A stretch of 64,000 nucleotides of DNA. Source: Candidatus Daviesbacteria bacterium (GTDB lineage Bacteria > Patescibacteriota > Microgenomatia > Daviesbacterales > UBA10151). Below, piece after piece: positions 56,246-64,000 of this stretch (positions within the stretch are counted from its first letter, which is position 1; each line of letters begins with the position of its first letter). The notes beneath the pieces are model-generated. The model worked only from the letters and a program-made list of their open reading frames with translations, was not told the DNA's origin and did no database searches. Location: positions 107,188 through 171,187 of the forward strand of contig JACPKM010000001.1 in assembly GCA_016187025.1 (NCBI GenBank), given 5' to 3'. The translations under genes were made by a program, and so were the position numbers.

Positions 56246-56642
56246 TGGTGGAGATGGAGGGTTTTGCACCCTCGTCCAAGAAAACATATTCAAAAACCTC
56301 TACAAGCTTAGCTAGTTAATATTTACTTATTGGTTGTAACCAACCAGCAGGAAAACCAATAAGTGATTGAATTATCTTAAAACCTAAAGGATCAACCAAC
56401 ACCTTTAAAGTAAGCATCCTAACTTTGTATTTACCTTAGCCTTCCGTTAGAAAGAGAAGATTCTAAGATATTGCGTTAAGCAGCAAAAGCGTAGTTTGGT
56501 TGCCCAAAGAGCGCTTGTGAAGCTCTAGCAAAAACGGAATTTGATTTGCCGTTTATGTTTTGAAACCACATTTTTACGGGTTGAGGTTTCCTTCCCGGCT
56601 TGCAGTTTTTAAAGTGCCAACCTGTCGATGCGATACATCCCC
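56246..56642 (-). ncRNA. ssrA: tmRNA; tag (A)GKSNSVFARASQALFGQPNYAFAA* at 56476-56550
   Basis: GGGGATG/CATCTCC-ACCA acceptor stem with G3-U70; adjacent to smpB; tag ends in AA. Confidence 0.93.
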
Positions 56643-56675
56643 AGTGAATAGTATTATACCATAAAGAGGTTCAAA

Positions 56676-57119
56676 CTACACCTTTTCGCCGCGTAACTCC
56701 TGTTCTATTCTTCTGAGTTGATCTTTTTCTTTAAGAGCTTTTCTTTTATCAAAATCTTTTTTAGATTTAGCCACCCCTATCTCTACTTTAAATCTGTTAT
56801 TTTTATCATAGATAGAAACTGGGATTAAAGTAAAACCAGTTGCGGATGCCTTTCCGATCAAAGCATCTATCTGAGCTCTATGTAAAAGCAGTTTTCTTAA
56901 CCTGAACGGGTCATATTCTTTATCTGAGGTTTGTTTAAAGCGTGGAATATTGGCATTTACCAAAAACGCTTCACCCTGAATAACTTTTATATGTGACAAA
57001 GACAAATCCAGTCTGCCGGCTCTGACGGATTTGACCTCTGATCCAGTTAAAACCAAACCGGCTTCCAGCCGATCAGTAATATGAAAATTATGTAGTCCCC
57101 TTTTATTTATAAAACGCAT
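56676..57119 (-). CDS. smpB: SsrA-binding protein
   Basis: EAGLVLTGSEVKS, RKLLLH and DKR motifs. Confidence 0.96.
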   Translation of the reverse strand: MRFINKRGLHNFHITDRLEAGLVLTGSEVKSVRAGRLDLSLSHIKVIQGEAFLVNANIPRFKQTSDKEYDPFRLRKLLLHRAQIDALIGKASATGFTLIPVSIYDKNNRFKVEIGVAKSKKDFDKRKALKEKDQLRRIEQELRGEKV

Positions 57120-57165
57120 ATTAGTCAGATTATATAATTTGTGGGACTAAACTCAAGCTTAGAGG

Positions 57166-59097
57166 TTATTTTAAATCTAAAGTGTAAATTTTGAACCCTT
57201 CCAAAAGATAAACTTTTTTACTTTTCTCATCCACTACCAAATCTGAAGCTACTGAGAACTTATCGCCAGCATATTGGCCTTTATAGTCTCCGCTTTTACT
57301 GACTATTACTAGTCTAGAATTGCCTGAATCTAGAATATATAAATTATCTGTATCTGATGACACAAAAAAGCTTTTTGGATCTTTAATATTTTTGTCTAAA
57401 CCGTTTAAAGCAAAATTATCTTTTGCTCCCCTGGTAAACCTTAGAATCTCACCACCTTGCTTTAACACATAAACCGAGGACTCAATTTGCATTTTTATAG
57501 CATGTGTAAAATCAGCCTTAACTCCTTCGTTTAAATACTCTCTTTTGTCTGAATATCCAGAAGAGGTACCGATGTATTTCCAAATTTTATTTGAGAGAGT
57601 ATCTAAAAGATAGAAATTACTTCCAAATCCGGCAATATCAACAATTTTTCCCCACTCCTCATCCGGCTTTGTGGCAACCGTATCTTTTTGATTGTTGATA
57701 TCAACTTTTATAACTCCCTTGTCGGAAGAAAAAGCAAATGCAGAACCAGTGTTCAAAGAAACAAACAGGGCATCGCCTAACTTTTCTTTTCCTGCCAAAA
57801 CCTGGTTACTTTTTTTAGAAATATCAATTGATACTAAGGTTTTAGAATCAGTATCCAAAAGAAGTATTTTTCCATCTGATAAACTCATCCCCTTTGATTT
57901 AAGTCCTTGTTTTATTAAATTTAGATCCAAGAATTCAGGAAGATTTTGGGTATTAAATTGCTGCAGGATAACGTTTTCTTGCTCTGAAATCTTACTTTTT
58001 AACTCTTGAGCTTGCCCGTCATTAGGTTTGGAGTTCAAAGCTGCTGTTAAATTTGATTTTGCAGATTCCAGCTTACTTTTGGCTTCAGCCGGATTTAAAT
58101 TTTGCAAGCCTTGCGCAGCAGAAAAATCATCCCGGGCCTGCTGAAAAGTAAGCTGGAATTGTAGATCCCTGGCTTTTTCCTGATCGCTTTTAACCTTCAG
58201 ACCAACTCCTATACCAATAATCAGTAGCAGTAGAAGACCCAAAATTAACCTATTGCGCCCACTAGCAGGAAAAAGCCGGCCTAAAGAAAACCTTCTCTGG
58301 TTTAATACATATCCTGATTCCACTTCTGTTTGTTGTTGTCCGTTTTTTCTAATTCTATCTTTTAAACTTGTAAAAATTCCTGTAAAAGGATTCTTAAATT
58401 CTCTTTTTTGCCGGTTTTGCAAAGCATTTTCCCCAACTGGTGCAATTGAAGATATTTCAGACTGCTCTGGAATTGCATCTAGTAGTAAGCCAGCCATACC
58501 ATGATGGTCAAGGTTGCCAACACTAATTTTATTGGTTAACTCATCCTCCCACTCTGCTAAAGGCAAATCTAAAGTTTTGTTCAGTTCTGATTCTAAATAT
58601 TGAGAAAGATCTGCTGTTGCCAAAAGTATCCTGTCATCATCCTGCAAAAACCCGGAAATAATTTGTTTAGGAGAACCAATTGAAAGAAGAGAGGATACTT
58701 TTCCGTCCCTCTTTAGGAAAGCTACAACCTGACCTTCATAAATTAAATACAAGGTCTTACCAGAAACAACAGCTAGTACTAAGTCGTAGCTTACCGGAGT
58801 AGCGCTATCTTCTAGCCCTTCATTTGATGGTTGGGTCAAAAGTTGCTCTGCTTTAAGAAAGGTGCTGTTTAGTTTATCTGGTATAGAACCCTCTTCTTCA
58901 AAAAAATAATCTGCAATTTCTGCCAGTACTTGTCTGCCTTTAGTAAATGCATCATCGCAGGATAGATGAATTACAGCAGCAAATACATTGTTTTCATTCC
59001 TAATAGAGGAGATTGCTTGAGCAGCTGTTTGATCCGTATTTGGCCCAATAACCTGGGCGGCTTTATATCTCATAACCTTTAGGTCATAATACTCCAA
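57166..59097 (-). CDS. Membrane protein: degenerate PP2C-like N-terminus, TM, beta-propeller
   Basis: LQDDDRILLAT; central TM; NHL-like repeats (YLLD, LYILD). Confidence 0.7.
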   Translation of the reverse strand: MEYYDLKVMRYKAAQVIGPNTDQTAAQAISSIRNENNVFAAVIHLSCDDAFTKGRQVLAEIADYFFEEEGSIPDKLNSTFLKAEQLLTQPSNEGLEDSATPVSYDLVLAVVSGKTLYLIYEGQVVAFLKRDGKVSSLLSIGSPKQIISGFLQDDDRILLATADLSQYLESELNKTLDLPLAEWEDELTNKISVGNLDHHGMAGLLLDAIPEQSEISSIAPVGENALQNRQKREFKNPFTGIFTSLKDRIRKNGQQQTEVESGYVLNQRRFSLGRLFPASGRNRLILGLLLLLIIGIGVGLKVKSDQEKARDLQFQLTFQQARDDFSAAQGLQNLNPAEAKSKLESAKSNLTAALNSKPNDGQAQELKSKISEQENVILQQFNTQNLPEFLDLNLIKQGLKSKGMSLSDGKILLLDTDSKTLVSIDISKKSNQVLAGKEKLGDALFVSLNTGSAFAFSSDKGVIKVDINNQKDTVATKPDEEWGKIVDIAGFGSNFYLLDTLSNKIWKYIGTSSGYSDKREYLNEGVKADFTHAIKMQIESSVYVLKQGGEILRFTRGAKDNFALNGLDKNIKDPKSFFVSSDTDNLYILDSGNSRLVIVSKSGDYKGQYAGDKFSVASDLVVDEKSKKVYLLEGFKIYTLDLK

Positions 59098-59320
59098 AAA
59101 CTAAAATTAGCAAGCCTATGGCAAACCCTGCATGAATTATAGCAGCTGCGGTAACAACCGGCGAGATAGGTGTAATTAAAGTTTTTCCCATTAAATCAAC
59201 TTGTCTGACAATAATTAAGGCAAAAATTGCATAAAAAACAAGTAAAAGCAAAACAACGTACCTAAAATAAGGGACAAGAAAGGAGAAATCAAATACTAAG
59301 TTAGTTTGATCAGGGGGCAT
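59084..59320 (-). CDS. Small membrane protein (DUF5657-like)
   Basis: FYAIFALIIVRQVDLM. Confidence 0.7.
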   Translation of the reverse strand: MPPDQTNLVFDFSFLVPYFRYVVLLLLVFYAIFALIIVRQVDLMGKTLITPISPVVTAAAIIHAGFAIGLLILVFGVL

Positions 59321-59873
59321 GGTGACCTCCTTTTTTGGAAAGATGAGCCTCATCCATAACCCTATCTGCAACTTTGTGGGGGTCGGGAACATTTTTTAAA
59401 TCAATCCCTACAGATGCCCCTGCAGTTTGAATTAAAACATCACCAAAGTTAAATACCGTTCCGATTATTCCTTTAACATGAGAGTTTGCTTCTTCTACAT
59501 TTGAAAGGGGAGCAAGATCTACTTTTTTATAAAGCAAAGACTCAAAGTCAATATCGATAATTCTTTTATTTGTTAAGATACTGACATTAAAATACCAGTA
59601 CAAAAACCCTTCAAATACAATCACCAACACCAGCAAATAGTTAATGATCAAAAAGCCCAGCAAAATCTCTTCTGCTATATTTGGTAATGTAATCCCAGTC
59701 AAAACAATCAATTGCGGGACTAAGAAGGGAACGGAGAAAACTAAGATTGCAAAAAAGATCCAGCCCAAGTTTGTGATAGGGTGAGCTCTTAAAACCAGTA
59801 ATATCTTCTCATCATTATCTTGTCCTTCAAAAGAGATGTTATGAGGATTTTCAAGATAAGAAAACAAGTGCAT
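59310..59873 (-). CDS. Bacterial PH-domain membrane protein
   Basis: LTNKRIID..FNFGDVLIQTAG. Confidence 0.8.
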   Translation of the reverse strand: MHLFSYLENPHNISFEGQDNDEKILLVLRAHPITNLGWIFFAILVFSVPFLVPQLIVLTGITLPNIAEEILLGFLIINYLLVLVIVFEGFLYWYFNVSILTNKRIIDIDFESLLYKKVDLAPLSNVEEANSHVKGIIGTVFNFGDVLIQTAGASVGIDLKNVPDPHKVADRVMDEAHLSKKGGHHAP

Positions 59874-59894
59874 GTTCTTGAGTTTAGTATATCA

Positions 59895-61598
59895 CTACTT
59901 CTTTTCTGCGTTAAACAAGGGACCAACTATTTGAAGATTAGCAGGAGCCCTTAAATTAAAGAAGTTTTTAAACTCATTACCGCCAAAAGATTTGGATCCG
60001 GCATCTCCAGAAATAGTAATATTAGCAGTAAGACCGTTGGTAAAATCAGGACTTATGGAAATATCAGAAACTGAGCTAAATGGTGTTCCTCCTTTGTTTT
60101 TCAACTCCTGTTTTACCCGAATAGCATCCCATGTTTCCTGTCCTTCCGGGTTGGGTTTGTCTGGTTGATACAGATGAGAAGATACTCCCCCATCTTGCTT
60201 TGTTAATAAAATTACGTTAACAATATCTGCCACCTCTTCTGATTTCAACCACGCTGATTTTGCATACTCAGACCTGAATCCCTGCGCCGCATAAAAACAG
60301 GGCGAATCTTTATCATATGACTTTGAGGCTAAGTCCGCAAAACTTCCAATGTCTCCGGTAACATCTTTTGTTCGCTTGGTAAATGATGTCCCGCTTCCCC
60401 AAACATCAGCTGAGGAGAAGGTAAACCCCCCATCTGTTGAAGAATACCAGGCCTTAACTGCCTGCCCCCCGGAAACCATTACTTTACCTGCAGTTTGCTC
60501 AACAGCTGTTTTCCATGCCCCTGATTTTGGCGGCTGCTTGTAAACCTGGCAGGATTGGGTAGTACAGATCTCACCTGCTCCATTGTTGGTATAAGCTAAA
60601 GCATAAGAACGGGCAGCAATTACCTGGGCTTTTAATGCCTCCAAAGGCCAGCTTTCCGGCATTTCATAAATTCCCAACATATAAGTTTCCAGCGGTATTT
60701 CTCCATAACCTTGTACTTTAATATTGATATTTCCTCTGGTCTCGAAACTAAAATTGTCAAAATAGACTCTTAAAATATCCTCATGAGACTGTCCTGCCTG
60801 TGCCCGCCCATATGCTCCATATTGATTTAAACCAACTCTGTGGGGAATGCCGTAAGTAAAAAAAGCGAATGCCGGCCTAAAAGGCGGGTCTAGTTTCCTA
60901 TCATCTGTACAAAAAAGCGGCCCTGCTCCTAAGCTGGTGGGTAAATTTAAACTGGCTTGACGGGAAGCAATAATTTGTTGCTGTCTTGCAGACAATTGGG
61001 CAATTTTACTGGTTAGCTCAGACTGATAAGCCTTGGCTTTTTTAATCTCTCCTCCAATGAATCCGGCATTTTTATCAACTTGGGCTTGAAGTGCGGCAAA
61101 AGCTATTTTGTCTTTTTCCAGTTTTTCCTTTTGTTCTAGTAAATCCAGTATTTCACCAGTAACATTTTTAATAATTCCTTTATCTTCCCTGGTTGCAGCC
61201 TGCCTATAAGATAACTCTCTAAATAAATCCCCCGGATTGGAAGCAGAAAGTAAAACCAGCAAGGGCGCGGTTAAAAACGATCTGATATAGTAGTTTTTTA
61301 CTCTTTCCTCAAGCAGGGCATGCTGCAGAGCCAGTTTATCTTCTCTGACCTCCAGCTCCTTTTGCTTTTGAGTAATAGTTGAAGACAGATGGTCTAAACT
61401 GGCCTGGATTTGAGCTAGCTGTCTTTCCAGGGAGCTAAGCTGGCCCTCTAAAGGCTTGGTGGCTTTAACTGATAACTCCCGAGACTTATTTAACTCATCT
61501 ATTTGTCTTTGCAGCTCTTCTATCTCATCTGCTTTAACTGAAAAAACAAGGATTAAAAATATAAAAATAGAGATAAAAATGGCAGTGACCTTTTTCAT
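59895..61598 (-). CDS. Secreted coiled-coil plus SpoIID/LytB-domain protein
   Basis: EMPESWPLEALKAQVIAARSYA and CTTQSCQVY motifs. Confidence 0.88.
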   Translation of the reverse strand: MKKVTAIFISIFIFLILVFSVKADEIEELQRQIDELNKSRELSVKATKPLEGQLSSLERQLAQIQASLDHLSSTITQKQKELEVREDKLALQHALLEERVKNYYIRSFLTAPLLVLLSASNPGDLFRELSYRQAATREDKGIIKNVTGEILDLLEQKEKLEKDKIAFAALQAQVDKNAGFIGGEIKKAKAYQSELTSKIAQLSARQQQIIASRQASLNLPTSLGAGPLFCTDDRKLDPPFRPAFAFFTYGIPHRVGLNQYGAYGRAQAGQSHEDILRVYFDNFSFETRGNINIKVQGYGEIPLETYMLGIYEMPESWPLEALKAQVIAARSYALAYTNNGAGEICTTQSCQVYKQPPKSGAWKTAVEQTAGKVMVSGGQAVKAWYSSTDGGFTFSSADVWGSGTSFTKRTKDVTGDIGSFADLASKSYDKDSPCFYAAQGFRSEYAKSAWLKSEEVADIVNVILLTKQDGGVSSHLYQPDKPNPEGQETWDAIRVKQELKNKGGTPFSSVSDISISPDFTNGLTANITISGDAGSKSFGGNEFKNFFNLRAPANLQIVGPLFNAEKK

Positions 61599-61681
61599 TG
61601 GGAAACTAAAGTGGCTATATTTTACCAGTTTTTGTAAACAAAACTACACCCTCTCTTCATTTTGTGCTAAGCTTTGATTTA

Positions 61682-63025
61682 ATGCCTAAATTATTATCTT
61701 TTTTCCTAATAATCTTACTGTTTCTTTTCTCTATGAGATATCCTCAAGTTGTTGAAGCTAAAGCATGTTCCTTAACTTCTTGGGGGGTAGATATAAAAAG
61801 TGCTGCAAGACCTAGCAATACTGTCTCGGTGGGTGAACCTTATATAGTAACTGTATCAATCCCGTCTGCGGAATATAGTAGTTCATTTACAAAATTTAAA
61901 GCTAGGATACATAATCATTACCCCTACCAAGGACCATACCGTACAGATGATGATCCAATATTGACTGTTGGTTTTGTGTGGGAATCAGAGGTAACAGCGC
62001 CTGCCAAAAACCCAACCGGACCTACAATTGTCGAGCTACCATTTAACAATAAGGCTAACTTTTTTGATAAAGAAGGTACTGCTTTTGTAGAGATAGATTA
62101 TTTTCCCCGCAGCAATACTAACCAATCCTGGGCACGAAAATGTGATACTTCAAATAATAATTTTAATATAACCCGGGCCACTTTACCCACCTGTGACATT
62201 ACTGGATTAAACTCTTGCATGGTAGAAAACACTAGGTTTGATGTGAATATATCTACCACTACACCAAATCTTGACTATTACTACTTCTTAATTTCTAGTA
62301 AGCCCCCTACAATAGGATCGGCAATAGGGGTTGCCGGGCTTTTTACAAGCAGAAGCGGCATTGCACCTACAGTACTTAATAGCGATATACAATACGAAAT
62401 ACCAACCCATCCAAAAGACGATTTTTTCTTTTCAGGAAGAGTTGAAACATCACCAAAGAATTTAAACCGTTACCAAAGTGTTTTTGACTCCTTACCAGTT
62501 GACCAATCGAAAAGATATTATTTAGTAGTCGCAGCTACATCGGGAAACCCCTTTTTAGACACTGGTCTGACTGGTCTCCCTGCTAGAGTCTGTGCTGTTG
62601 GTACCTTTGTCAAAACCTCAGATCAAACTGCTAATGCTTGTACTGCAAAGTCCGTATCGACAATACAAACAGCAGATCCAAATTCACTGCCTGCCTTAGC
62701 AGGGGGACCAAAGACTTCTGGAGCAGGTAAGCTCTGTGACAATGACAAAGGAATACAAACGGCAATAGGATGCGTTCACACTAATCCTGGCCTACTTGTC
62801 CAAGATATTCTCAAACTTACCTCTGGAATAGGTGGCGGGATTGCTTTTTTGCTAATGCTTTTGGGGGCTTTTAGAATGATTACCTCCCAGGGAAACCCCC
62901 AAGAGCTAAAAGAAGGGCAGGAAATATTTACAAGTGCTATTATTGGATTATTGTTTGTGATTTTCTCAGTCCTATTTATGCAAATCATTGGACTAAATAT
63001 TTTGGGATTACCTGGATTTAAATAA
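61682..63025 (+). CDS. Large secreted protein with C-terminal pilin-like TM hairpin
   Basis: TAIGC..GGIAFLLML..SQGNPQELKEGQEIFTSAIIGL. Confidence 0.8.
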   Translation: MPKLLSFFLIILLFLFSMRYPQVVEAKACSLTSWGVDIKSAARPSNTVSVGEPYIVTVSIPSAEYSSSFTKFKARIHNHYPYQGPYRTDDDPILTVGFVWESEVTAPAKNPTGPTIVELPFNNKANFFDKEGTAFVEIDYFPRSNTNQSWARKCDTSNNNFNITRATLPTCDITGLNSCMVENTRFDVNISTTTPNLDYYYFLISSKPPTIGSAIGVAGLFTSRSGIAPTVLNSDIQYEIPTHPKDDFFFSGRVETSPKNLNRYQSVFDSLPVDQSKRYYLVVAATSGNPFLDTGLTGLPARVCAVGTFVKTSDQTANACTAKSVSTIQTADPNSLPALAGGPKTSGAGKLCDNDKGIQTAIGCVHTNPGLLVQDILKLTSGIGGGIAFLLMLLGAFRMITSQGNPQELKEGQEIFTSAIIGLLFVIFSVLFMQIIGLNILGLPGFK

Positions 63026-63026
63026 T

Positions 63027-63347
63027 ATGAAAAGGCTTGCTTTAACCCTTCCCGGAGGAGAAATAATAAACCCTCCAGCCGGACTAAAACCTGAATTTTC
63101 AAATTTAGGAGGATTTTTAACGCAGCTATTTAGCGTTGCTGTTTCTATTACAGTATTTCTGGCATTTATTTGGGTTGTCTGGGGTGGGTTTCAGCTGATA
63201 TTATCAAGTGGCAATAAAGAAGAGCTGGGCAAAGCCCGGGAAAGAATCAGGTGGGCTTTGGTAGGACTAATTGTCACGCTTCTGGCTTATTCTATTACCC
63301 GCTACGTTTCTGGTATATTTGATCTTAAAACAAGTTTACCATGGTAA
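63027..63347 (+). CDS. CPR-type (VirB2/TrbC-like) pilin
   Basis: WGGFQLILSSGNKEELGKARERIRWALVGL. Confidence 0.85.
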   Translation: MKRLALTLPGGEIINPPAGLKPEFSNLGGFLTQLFSVAVSITVFLAFIWVVWGGFQLILSSGNKEELGKARERIRWALVGLIVTLLAYSITRYVSGIFDLKTSLPW

Positions 63348-63637
63348 ATATTGAAGATAAGTTTGGTTTTGGTAATATCAAAAGCCTTGGAGAAGCCATC
63401 TCCGGTCTGGTAAATCCGGCTTTTTCTATTGCAGCTGCCCTTGTTGTTTTATATTTTGTACTGGCTGGATTTAAATATCTGACATCAGCAGGAAATAAAG
63501 AAGATTTAGCCTCGGCTCAAAAAATGGCCCTTTATGCTACTGTTGGTTTTGTAGTACTAATGGCTGCTTTTTTGATATTCCAGTTTTTGCTATCCAAGCT
63601 ATTTGGTATTAATGGTTTGCAAATTATTGGTATTTGA
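63341..63637 (+). CDS. CPR-type pilin
   Basis: AGFKYLTSAGNKEDLASAQKMALYATVG. Confidence 0.85.
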   Translation: MVNIEDKFGFGNIKSLGEAISGLVNPAFSIAAALVVLYFVLAGFKYLTSAGNKEDLASAQKMALYATVGFVVLMAAFLIFQFLLSKLFGINGLQIIGI

Positions 63638-63641
63638 GAAT

Positions 63642-63980
63642 ATGACACTCATTGCACAAGATATACAAAAAGAGCTGGGACAAATAAAAGCTCCTGCGGC
63701 GCTAGAGCCGTTTATACAAAGAGGCGGAGACGGAGCAGGTGGAATTAGTCTGTTTTTGAGTAACTTGATTGCCCTTATTTATTCGGTTGCAGGGGTGGTA
63801 TTTATTTTTATGCTGGTATGGGGGGCATTTGAGTGGATGGTTTCCGGAGGAGAAAAAGAAAAAATAGCCTCGGCTCAAAAAAGAATAACTTTTGCTGTGA
63901 TCGGCATAATTTTGCTGTCGGTAACCTTTGCCATTATAGCTGTAATCAGTGCATTTACCGGATTTTCCTTCTTTATTTAA
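63642..63980 (+). CDS. CPR-type pilin
   Basis: WGAFEWMVSGGEKEKIASAQKRITFAVIG. Confidence 0.85.
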   Translation: MTLIAQDIQKELGQIKAPAALEPFIQRGGDGAGGISLFLSNLIALIYSVAGVVFIFMLVWGAFEWMVSGGEKEKIASAQKRITFAVIGIILLSVTFAIIAVISAFTGFSFFI

Positions 63981-64000
63981 GTTATGGTACTTGACAACAA

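Noticed and set aside
1-64000. CRISPR array or cas genes
   Set aside because: No regularly spaced 23-47 bp repeats and no cas-like ORFs; the att junctions are 0.6-15 kb apart.

Overview
This is an AT-rich bacterial chromosome segment, most likely Patescibacteria/CPR (Microgenomates-like). That call is inferred from the pilin-like gene array, several tRNA genes without an encoded CCA and a group I intron in a tRNA. The right third (42.7-64 kb) is core genome: rpoD, dnaG, four tRNA-Ser, two tRNA-Arg, tmRNA/smpB, dprA-comM-yraN, comF, TA pairs, a LAGLIDADG ORF and pilins. The left end (0-7 kb) is a Crp/MarR-associated redox cluster. Between them (about 8.2-42.3 kb) lies an integration hotspot at the 3' end of an intron-containing tRNA-Asn(GTT). 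It holds two related elements with large serine recombinases (LSRs) in tandem (about 18974-26765 and 26763-42342), preceded by smaller integrase-less gene modules. Eight same-orientation junctions share the tRNA core (G/A)CTC, and each is followed by a detached, homologous LSR C-terminal 'tail'. The att site lies inside the integrase gene, and circularising the 18974-26765 element in silico restores a 43-aa in-frame tail. The main candidate novel system is therefore an integron-like, LSR-driven cassette array with a split-integrase switch. Other highlights are a HerA-NurA-adenine methylase operon, a stand-alone 51-aa GyrA-box blade protein, a LexA-like/MvaI-type RM module and candidate structured RNAs. 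All family calls come from motifs read by eye, with no database searches.
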